Shown piece after piece: positions 6,640 to 14,152 of a stretch of 57,150 bases of DNA. This DNA comes from a virus. Taxonomy: Duplodnaviria; Caudoviricetes. The first letter of the stretch is position 1. Each line of letters starts with the position of its first letter. Both the position numbers and the translations under genes were made by a program. Where the stretch lies: the IMG/VR virus record IMGVR_UViG_3300032216_000715, positions 1 through 57,150 of that record; one strand, given 5' to 3'. Below the pieces are notes generated by a model. It was not told where the DNA came from, made no database searches, and was given only the letters and a program-made list of their open reading frames with translations.

Positions 6640-8546
6640 TGCGTCTGGAGTCCTTCGACGTTGAGACCCGTGGCCTTGAAGAGGGCTACGGGTTGCAGCC
6701 GTTCCGCGCTTTGACCGACAAGGCGTGGCTGACCATGTGCGCCATGGCTAACGACGATGGTGTTACTGGTAAGATGTTCAACGAGCCTGACCCGCTGGCC
6801 CGTAGGGTAGCTACCGTTGCCCACCTCAAGCAGTGGCTTGACCGCTGCGCTAGGGAAAACATCACAGTCGTAGCGTGGAACTCAGCGTTTGACGCGGCGT
6901 GGCTCATTGCCCTTGGGCTGCGTGAGGAAGTCTATAAGGTCAACTGGCTGGACGGGATGTTATTATGGAAACACCTCACCAACTCGCCTGAGTGGGCTGC
7001 CGTTGCCGTGCGGAGCTACAGCCTCAAGGCTGCCGTGCGCCTGTTTATGCCGGAGGAAGCTGGCTACGAAGCGGACATCAACTTCGACACCGACAACCCT
7101 GTCGAGCGTGCGCTGCTGTTCGACTACAACAAGAAGGACGCGCTGTTCACGCTGCGCCTGACAAAGTTTTTCCTGAGCAAGATGAACGAGACCATGCGCC
7201 GCAACGCCATCATCGAGGCGGCTTGCATCCCCATGGTGGCGGAGTCCTACGTCGAGGGCGTGTGCATCAACGTCGAGGCTGCCAAGGCGCTGGAGGAGAA
7301 GCTGACCGACGATGCTTCGCTGGCGTTTGTTAAGCTCAAGCTGTCATGTGACACTGATGTCACCCCTGATGTCATCGCCTCCCCCAAGAAACTTGCCAAG
7401 CTGCTGTACGAAGATTGGGGACTAAAGGTTCCCAAGCTCACTGACACTGGCGCTCCGTCCACTGACCGAGACGCGCTGTCCACGCTTGCCTTGACCGACC
7501 CAAGGGCAGAACTTCTTAACGCTTATCGGGAGGCCAAGAACAACTGCACCAAGTTTGCCACCGGAGCGATCAACTCCGTGGAGTATAATGGCGACGGACG
7601 TTCGCGGCCATCTGCTCGTATCTTTGGGACTTACACAGGTCGCATGACCTACTCAGCATCCATCCTCAAGGGCAAAGCCAAGAAGCCCACAGGCATCCCG
7701 CTTCACCAGTGGAAGCGTTCGCCTGAGTTCCGTGCGCTCATCGAGCCGCCCGAAGGCTACACCCTGCTTGAGTTTGACTTCTCAGGTCAAGAGTTCCGCT
7801 GGATGGCTGTGCTGTCTGGTGATACGACTATGCTTCACATGTGCGCTGATGGTGAAGACGCTCATGCCTACATGGGGGCCAAGGTCCAGAACATCGGGTA
7901 CGACCAGATACGCAAGCAGCTCGAAGCCAAAGAGCCGAAGGCCAAGGATGCCCGTCAGCTAGGCAAGGTCGCCAACCTGTCGCTGCAATATCGCACGTCT
8001 GCCAAGACGCTCGTTCGTGTGGCGCGTGTGGGTTACAACCTCAAGCTGTCGGACCAAGAGGCCTACGCCATCCACGCGACCTACAAAACAACTTATCCCT
8101 ACGTCACGGTCTACTGGAAGTCGAAGGCTAAGGTCATGTCTGACCGAGGGTGGACAGACACCGTAGCAGGGCGGCGCATCCATGTCGGGGCAATCGAGAC
8201 ATGGAAGAAGTTTGGGGCTGACGGGGAGCTTATCGACAACACATGGTCGTGCGAGTCCACAGGTATCAACTTCCCCATCCAAGGGAGCGGCGCTGACCAG
8301 AAGTATTTAGCCCTAGCGGTGCTGCGGAAGTACCTGCCCAAGGTCGGAGGTCGGTTCTATTTCGAGCTGCATGACGGTATCTTTATCATCGTGCCTGACG
8401 CTCACGTTAAGAAGGCGCTGCATGACGTGCGGCACCTGCTGTCCAATCTGCCCTACAAAAAAGCGTGGGGTGTTGAGATGCCTATATCATTCCCCGTCGA
8501 TGCCAAGTTCGGCAAATCGTGGGGCACACTAGAGGAAGTTAAATGA
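6639..8546 (+). CDS. polA: Family A DNA polymerase with 3'-5' exonuclease
   Basis: Exo motifs DVET, NSAFD and YNKKD; TGR; motif A DFSGQEFR; motif B RQLGKVANLSLQY; motif C LHDG. Confidence 0.93.
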   Translation: MRLESFDVETRGLEEGYGLQPFRALTDKAWLTMCAMANDDGVTGKMFNEPDPLARRVATVAHLKQWLDRCARENITVVAWNSAFDAAWLIALGLREEVYKVNWLDGMLLWKHLTNSPEWAAVAVRSYSLKAAVRLFMPEEAGYEADINFDTDNPVERALLFDYNKKDALFTLRLTKFFLSKMNETMRRNAIIEAACIPMVAESYVEGVCINVEAAKALEEKLTDDASLAFVKLKLSCDTDVTPDVIASPKKLAKLLYEDWGLKVPKLTDTGAPSTDRDALSTLALTDPRAELLNAYREAKNNCTKFATGAINSVEYNGDGRSRPSARIFGTYTGRMTYSASILKGKAKKPTGIPLHQWKRSPEFRALIEPPEGYTLLEFDFSGQEFRWMAVLSGDTTMLHMCADGEDAHAYMGAKVQNIGYDQIRKQLEAKEPKAKDARQLGKVANLSLQYRTSAKTLVRVARVGYNLKLSDQEAYAIHATYKTTYPYVTVYWKSKAKVMSDRGWTDTVAGRRIHVGAIETWKKFGADGELIDNTWSCESTGINFPIQGSGADQKYLALAVLRKYLPKVGGRFYFELHDGIFIIVPDAHVKKALHDVRHLLSNLPYKKAWGVEMPISFPVDAKFGKSWGTLEEVK

Positions 8547-8983
8547 GTATAATCGTATGGGACGGCAAAACCCTTGCCGCAGATAGTCAAGCCACCAACG
8601 AGAATTTGGGGCGTGGTCTGACGACCAAAATCTGGAGGCACGGGGACGTGTTGATGGCAGGAGTAGGTCAGAACCAAGCCTTGATGGCGATCAAAAACTG
8701 GATCGAGTGCGGCGCTGAGCCGGAGACGTTCCCTAAGGAATACATGGACCGCACTGAGCGAACCTGCATGTGGGTTATTAACCGTAATGGAAAGCTTGCA
8801 CGTATTGAGGACGGGCCGTTCTTTTTGCCCCGCAACGAGCAGATGTTTGCAGATGGCTCAGGACGTGACTTCGCCTATGGTGCTATGGAGATGGGCGCGA
8901 ACGCGGTGGAAGCCGTTGGAATCGCCTGCAAGTTTGACATCTATTGCGGGGGCGGAATTGACACACTCACCTTTAATGACTGA
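8543..8983 (+). CDS. Proteasome-beta/HslV-like Ntn hydrolase
   Basis: N-terminal IIVWDGKTLAADSQ, TKI, GSGRDFAYGAM and C-terminal DIYCGG pattern. Confidence 0.75.
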   Translation: MSIIVWDGKTLAADSQATNENLGRGLTTKIWRHGDVLMAGVGQNQALMAIKNWIECGAEPETFPKEYMDRTERTCMWVINRNGKLARIEDGPFFLPRNEQMFADGSGRDFAYGAMEMGANAVEAVGIACKFDIYCGGGIDTLTFND

Positions 8984-9284
8984 GCATGAGGTAATTGAGA
9001 AGCTATCAGAGTTAAGCGGGTACGAGTGGAAGGCGGTGTCATCCAAGATGGCGAGGTTCTACCGTAAGAACCTGAAACATCCCGCTGATTTGCCTAGCCT
9101 TATGGAAGGCTATGAGGAGTTCGTCATCCCTGAAAGTGAGTGGAGACGCATAAGGCAGAAGGTAAACGCCCGCCGTAGAAACGTGCGTGACGCCATCCAA
9201 AGTGAAAGACGTAACCGCCAGAAGCTTAACCGTAAGTTGTATATGCGTGAGTACATGGCAATGTATCGAAGGAGATTGAAATGA
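8976..9284 (+). CDS. Hypothetical basic protein (102 aa)
   Basis: ATG 8976 overlaps the upstream gene end; Arg-rich C-terminus. Confidence 0.6.
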   Translation: MTEHEVIEKLSELSGYEWKAVSSKMARFYRKNLKHPADLPSLMEGYEEFVIPESEWRRIRQKVNARRRNVRDAIQSERRNRQKLNRKLYMREYMAMYRRRLK

Positions 9285-9598
9285 GTATCTTAGGAAATGC
9301 AGCTAATTCCATTGGTGGAATGCTTGGGGCGGCTCCGGCACAGCCCATTCATAAATTACCTTACCCTACTTCCTCCAGCAGGGTGCTGTACCCCGACCCT
9401 TACGCGGTAGACCAGCGCGACATATACTACCCCACAGAAGGTGAATTGCGGTTTCAGGTAAAGTCCGTGGAGAACGGCTACCTCGTGCTAGTCACCACAG
9501 GTAAGAGTATCACGACCTACATCGCGGCAGAGTTCAAGGATGTTCACGACATCATCGACCTAGTTGCTGTAAAGCAGAAGCTGAACGCTTCTGGTTGA
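9281..9598 (+). CDS. Hypothetical protein
   Basis: AAGGAG RBS, ATGA coupling. Confidence 0.7.
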   Translation: MSILGNAANSIGGMLGAAPAQPIHKLPYPTSSSRVLYPDPYAVDQRDIYYPTEGELRFQVKSVENGYLVLVTTGKSITTYIAAEFKDVHDIIDLVAVKQKLNASG

Positions 9599-9623
9599 CA
9601 TTAAACGTTAACAACCTTACACC
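9595..9623 (+). promoter_or_regulatory. sigma70-type promoter
   Basis: TTGACA-17nt-TACACC. Confidence 0.55.
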
Positions 9624-9640
9624 ATTTCAAGGAGATCACC

Positions 9641-9886
9641 ATGGAAGTTCAGCTTGAGCTTTTTCCTGAATTAAAGACAGCGCCTCAGGAAGTGCAGATC
9701 GGCGGCAACCATTACCGCGACATGAGCATAACACCCTCAGAATATATTATCGCTAACGACATCCCATGGTTGGAAGCGAACGCCATCAAATACTTGTCAC
9801 GCCATCGCCGGAAAAACGGCAAGGAAGACATCTTGAAGGCCATCCACTACTGCCACCTCATTCTCGAACACAACTACAAGGATTAA
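9641..9886 (+). CDS. DUF3310 (SaV-like) protein
   Basis: QIGGNHY...NAIKYLSR...KNGKEDILKAIHY signature. Confidence 0.88.
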   Translation: MEVQLELFPELKTAPQEVQIGGNHYRDMSITPSEYIIANDIPWLEANAIKYLSRHRRKNGKEDILKAIHYCHLILEHNYKD

Positions 9887-9889
9887 CTC

Positions 9890-10561
9890 ATGGCCCAGTC
9901 CGTAGCATGGTCTTACTCATCGCTGTCGGCGTTTGAGACTTGCCCGAAACGTTACTACCTCACGAAGGTTTCTAAGCAGGTCAAAGAGCCTCAGACTGAA
10001 GCGACCATGTGGGGCAATCAGGTCCACAAGGCGCTGGAGTATCGCTTGGTTAAGCGTGAGCCGTTGCCAGCAAGCATGGCGATGTTCGAGCCTATCGCAG
10101 CCAAGGTCGCCAAGCGCGCTGAGGGTGCGAAGCTGGAGGCCGAGCAGAAGATGGCGTTGACCAAGAGCTTCGCTCCCACGAGCTGGTTCTCCAAGGATGT
10201 TTGGGTTCGAGGCATCACCGACTTCACCATCACCAAGGGCGACAAGGTTTTCATCGGCGACTGGAAGACAGGCAAGCCTACGCCTGAGTCGGCACAGCTC
10301 AAGCTGACCGCTGCCATGACCATGCACCAGAAGCCATACGTTAAAACCGTCATCAATGCTTTCGTCTGGCTGAAGACAGGTGAGGTAACGCACGAGACAT
10401 TCACCCGCGACGACATCCCCGCTATCTGGCAGGAGTTTAGCCCAAGGGTGCAGCGCCTCGACGATGCCATGGAAGCCAACAAGTGGCCCGCCCGCCCATC
10501 GGGCCTGTGCCGCAAGTGGTGCCCTGTCGGCAAATCTCTTTGCGATCACTGCGGAGAGTAG
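9890..10561 (+). CDS. Cas4/RecB-like PD-(D/E)XK exonuclease
   Basis: SYSSL..FETCPKRY, G..VH, GITD...DWKTG, QLK and C-terminal Cys cluster. Confidence 0.88.
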   Translation: MAQSVAWSYSSLSAFETCPKRYYLTKVSKQVKEPQTEATMWGNQVHKALEYRLVKREPLPASMAMFEPIAAKVAKRAEGAKLEAEQKMALTKSFAPTSWFSKDVWVRGITDFTITKGDKVFIGDWKTGKPTPESAQLKLTAAMTMHQKPYVKTVINAFVWLKTGEVTHETFTRDDIPAIWQEFSPRVQRLDDAMEANKWPARPSGLCRKWCPVGKSLCDHCGE

Positions 10562-10570
10562 GGTGCGGTA

Positions 10571-10870
10571 ATGTCAACGCCTGAGGGCCGCGTCAAAGCG
10601 GCCATAAAGAAGTATCTCAAGACCCTGCCAGACTGTTGGTTCTACATGCCAGTGCAGAACGGCATGGGGGTTGTTGGTATCCCTGACATCGTTGGTGTCA
10701 TGGGCGGAAGGTTTTTTGCCATAGAGTGCAAAGCACCGGGCAAGGAGAATAATGTCACAGCTAACCAGCGTGCAACGCTGGACGCAATTGCCGCCGCTGG
10801 TGGGGTAGCGTTTGTCGCAAGTGACGTGGAAGAGACTAAGAGGAACTTGCAGAATGTTAATCCACACTAA
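10571..10870 (+). CDS. VRR-NUC domain nuclease
   Basis: PE..VK, GIPD, IECKAPG, T.NQ, AGG.AFV. Confidence 0.88.
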   Translation: MSTPEGRVKAAIKKYLKTLPDCWFYMPVQNGMGVVGIPDIVGVMGGRFFAIECKAPGKENNVTANQRATLDAIAAAGGVAFVASDVEETKRNLQNVNPH

Positions 10871-12392
10871 GTCGAAACGTGTTGTGCTGAACCTGCGCAA
10901 CCCCGACTACATCACGACAATCATCCCTAGCTCTAAGAAGTTTGAGTATAAGGGCACCGAGCTGGTGGCGATTCCCCACAAGCTCGAAGAGGCGCGTATG
11001 CTGCGCTCCCTTGGCTATAACGTCACGTCCCCCATCAGGCATTATTATACATGGGCAGGCCAGTATAAGCCGTTCGAGGCTCAGCTCGACACCGCCGAGT
11101 TCCTGACGTTCAACCCAAAAGCCTTTGTTCTCAATGACATGGGGACGGGCAAGACCCTCGCCACATTGTGGGCGTATGACTACCTCAAGAGCCTTGGTCA
11201 GATCAGGAAGGTGCTGGTCATCTCCCCGCTCTCCACGTTGGAGCGCACATGGGCTGACGAAGTGTTCCGCCACTTCCCTCACATATCGGTTGGCGTCCTC
11301 TACGGGTCCGCTGCCCGCCGTCGCAAGATACTTGACCAAGACCATGACATCTACCTCGTTAACCACGATGGCATCAAAGTCATCGAGGAGGACATCAAGG
11401 GGCGGGATGACATCGACCTGATCGTCGTGGACGAAATCGCGGCGTTCCGTAACGCATCGACTAGCCGCTGGAAGTCGCTGCGCAACATCTGCACAAATCG
11501 TCCTTACATATGGGGACTCACAGGTACGCCCACACCCAACCTGCCCACGGACGCATGGGCACAGTGCCGCCTCATCTGCCCGCAGAACGTGCCGCCCTAT
11601 TTTGGGAAGTTCCGCGATGCCGTGATGAAGCAGCTAGGCCAGTTCAAGTGGGTTGTCAGGGAAGGCGCGACAGAGATCGTAGCCAACGCCATGCAGCCCA
11701 GCATCCGCTTCTCCCGCGATGAGTGCGTGGACCTGCCGCCCTGCCTGTTCCAGAATCGCTCCGTCAAGATGACGCCAGAGCAGGTGAAGGCGTACAACGA
11801 CATGGCGACCAAGCTGAAGATGGAGTTCAACAGCCAAGAGGCGCGGGCCGTCAACGAAGCCGTCAAGATGCAGAAGCTCATCCAGATCGCTTGCGGGGTG
11901 GTGTACGACTCCGATGGCAACGACGTGATGCTTCCCAACAACGAGCGCATCAACGAGGTGAAAGACATCGTGGACGAGGCCGGGACGAAGGTGATCGTCT
12001 TCGTACCGTTTAAGGGTGTGCTGCGAGACGTGGCAGAGCAACTGGGTAAGCACTTTACAGTAGCAACCATCAGTGGCGAGACATCCAAGGCAGCCCGCGA
12101 CGAAATCTTTGACCAGTTCCAGAACGGTAAGAGCCTCAAGGTCTTGGTCGCCCAGCCCGCCGCCATGTCCCACGGGCTGACGCTGACCGCTGCGTCCACG
12201 ATCATTTGGTTCGCACCCGTCACGTCCAACGAGATTTACCAGCAAGCCAACGCCCGTATCACTCGGCCCGGCCAGAAGCACAATCAGCTCATTGTGAACA
12301 TCGACGCCAGCGAAGTAGAGCGGCGCATCTACAGCCGCCTCCAGAAAAAGCAGTCCATGCAAGGGCTTCTTTTGGAGACGTTGCGGGGTTGA
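10854..12392 (+). CDS. SNF2-family (SF2) helicase
   Basis: DMGTGKT, VVDE, LTGTP, HGLTLT and QANARITRPGQ motifs; start MLIHTK after AGAGGA. Confidence 0.92.
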   Translation: MLIHTKSKRVVLNLRNPDYITTIIPSSKKFEYKGTELVAIPHKLEEARMLRSLGYNVTSPIRHYYTWAGQYKPFEAQLDTAEFLTFNPKAFVLNDMGTGKTLATLWAYDYLKSLGQIRKVLVISPLSTLERTWADEVFRHFPHISVGVLYGSAARRRKILDQDHDIYLVNHDGIKVIEEDIKGRDDIDLIVVDEIAAFRNASTSRWKSLRNICTNRPYIWGLTGTPTPNLPTDAWAQCRLICPQNVPPYFGKFRDAVMKQLGQFKWVVREGATEIVANAMQPSIRFSRDECVDLPPCLFQNRSVKMTPEQVKAYNDMATKLKMEFNSQEARAVNEAVKMQKLIQIACGVVYDSDGNDVMLPNNERINEVKDIVDEAGTKVIVFVPFKGVLRDVAEQLGKHFTVATISGETSKAARDEIFDQFQNGKSLKVLVAQPAAMSHGLTLTAASTIIWFAPVTSNEIYQQANARITRPGQKHNQLIVNIDASEVERRIYSRLQKKQSMQGLLLETLRG

Positions 12393-12417
12393 CACTAACA
12401 TCCCTTAACCGTATATC
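12389..12417 (+). promoter_or_regulatory. sigma70-type promoter
   Basis: TTGACA-17nt-TATATC. Confidence 0.6.
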
Positions 12418-12449
12418 ACCTAACACCATAACATAATCGGAGACTGCAA

Positions 12450-12824
12450 ATGCAGGAGATCATTGAAAAGTATATCGAGCTTCGGGATAAGAAGACGGAG
12501 CTGTCTGCCGCATACAAGAAGAAGGTAGCTGGGCTTGATTCAGCCCTTGACCAGCTCGAAGCCGTCTTGCTTGAGAAGCTCAACGAGATCGGCATGGACT
12601 CCGCTAAGGGGTCAACAGGAACAGTCTATAAGTCCAAGCGCACATCTGCTACGGTGGCTGACTGGGATTACGTCCTCGACCACATCCAGAAAAACGAGCT
12701 GTGGAATATGCTCGAAAAGCGCGTCAGCAAGCAGGCTGTCGAGCAGTATGTCGAGGAGCATGGAGATTTGCCGCCGGGAATCAACTGGCGGGAAGAACTT
12801 GTCGTTAACATTCGGAGGTCTTAA
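12450..12824 (+). CDS. Conserved coiled-coil phage protein (replication/recombination module)
   Basis: N-terminal coiled coil and C-terminal LPPG motif; GGAG RBS. Confidence 0.75.
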   Translation: MQEIIEKYIELRDKKTELSAAYKKKVAGLDSALDQLEAVLLEKLNEIGMDSAKGSTGTVYKSKRTSATVADWDYVLDHIQKNELWNMLEKRVSKQAVEQYVEEHGDLPPGINWREELVVNIRRS

Positions 12825-12826
12825 TC

Positions 12827-13765
12827 ATGAGCAACATCACACAGTTTGAAGGCGCTGGCGTACCAGCACACATCGCAGCCATGTTTGGTGGCGCTGACAC
12901 CAACAACGATCTCTCTCATGGTGTTGCTGCCAGCAGCTACCCCATCATCTCGTACAAGGGGAAGGTCTGGCACATCGTGCAGGGCGAAACCCGCACATTG
13001 CTGACCAACGCTGAGGGTGAGCCGCGCTCGTCCATCGAAGTTGTTATCGTCAAGTCGAACCCCAACCTGTCCAAGATTTATTATCAGGGCGGGTATGAGG
13101 AAGGCTCGTCGGCTAAGCCGACCTGCTACTCGAACGATGGCGCTGGCCCAGCGCGTGATGCCGTGTCGCCACAGGCACCGTCATGTCAGGCTTGCCCGCA
13201 CAACGCATGGGGTTCGCGTATCACTGAGCAGGGCGGTAAGGGTAAGTCTTGCACCGACCTTCGCCGCATCGCAGTCGCCCCCAACGGCGACCTGTCCACG
13301 CTCATGCTGCTTCGCATCCCAGCAGGTTCGCTCAAGGATTTGACGGCCTACGCTGACATGCTCAACAAGCGTAAGGCTCCTTACGCCGCAGTCATCACGC
13401 GCATCGGCTTCGATCACACTGTCGCCCACCAGAAGTTCAAGTTCACGCCACTCCGCTGGCTGGAGCAGCACGAGCTGGCGGAAATCGCGTCGGTTATGAA
13501 CGACAAGAAGGATGTCATTAACCGCATCACTGGCGTTGAAGCTGACATCGTTGTCGCACCAGCACCAGCCGCGCCTCCGGCAGATGACGAGTGGGCAGCC
13601 ATGGGTGCAGCACCGGCCTACATCTCAGCACCTGTTCAAGCTCCGGCACCTGTCGCAGAACCAGCTCCAGTCCAAGCACCAGTCTCAGCGCGTAAGCCGC
13701 TGGACGCGATCATCAGTGAGGCAGATAGTGCCATCGACGATGTTCTCGGTATGCTGGACGACTGA
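12827..13765 (+). CDS. Putative ssDNA-binding/annealing protein with Cys cluster
   Basis: PTCYS.DG..P, C..CP.N.WGS, GK.C motifs; Pro/Ala linker and acidic C-terminal tail. Confidence 0.65.
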   Translation: MSNITQFEGAGVPAHIAAMFGGADTNNDLSHGVAASSYPIISYKGKVWHIVQGETRTLLTNAEGEPRSSIEVVIVKSNPNLSKIYYQGGYEEGSSAKPTCYSNDGAGPARDAVSPQAPSCQACPHNAWGSRITEQGGKGKSCTDLRRIAVAPNGDLSTLMLLRIPAGSLKDLTAYADMLNKRKAPYAAVITRIGFDHTVAHQKFKFTPLRWLEQHELAEIASVMNDKKDVINRITGVEADIVVAPAPAAPPADDEWAAMGAAPAYISAPVQAPAPVAEPAPVQAPVSARKPLDAIISEADSAIDDVLGMLDD

Positions 13766-13775
13766 GGTACCACCT

Positions 13776-13820
13776 GACGACGGGGAAAGACTCGTGACAG
13801 CTCGGAGAGACGGCATTTTT
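13776..13820 (+). promoter_or_regulatory. Tandem hairpin leader with GARAGA loops
   Basis: ACGGG-GAAAGA-CTCGT, then GCTCG-GAGAGA-CGGC followed by TTTTT. Confidence 0.4.
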
Positions 13821-13833
13821 CAAGGAGTACAAA

Positions 13834-14127
13834 ATGTTTGAGCTGGCAAAAAAGGCCAACGTGCTGCCGCATGATGTCGCCAAGGCTTTGGGTCTTAACC
13901 GCATCACCGTGAGCCTCTGGTATAACGGGCACAGCAAACCGCACCGACTTCTAACCGATAAGGTGTCATCGCTACTTGACGCGATCACCAAAGCAGTAGA
14001 TGCTGGTGAGCTTCCGATCTCCGCAGACGTTGATCGTCGTGAGCGCAGAAACGAGGTCCAGAAGGTGCTGAACAAGTACATGGATTTAGCGGAAACAGAT
14101 GTTAACCAGACCAGCCCAGTAAGCTGA
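13834..14127 (+). CDS. Cro/XRE-like HTH protein
   Basis: PHDVAKALGLNRITVSLWYNGHSKP HTH pattern; AAGGAG RBS. Confidence 0.75.
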   Translation: MFELAKKANVLPHDVAKALGLNRITVSLWYNGHSKPHRLLTDKVSSLLDAITKAVDAGELPISADVDRRERRNEVQKVLNKYMDLAETDVNQTSPVS

Positions 14128-14152
14128 TCTCCCAACGCGTGGTGGTACAAGC

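Noticed and set aside
9890-10561. CRISPR-Cas system suggested by the Cas4-like gene
   Set aside because: No array or other cas genes; it is a typical phage replication-module exonuclease
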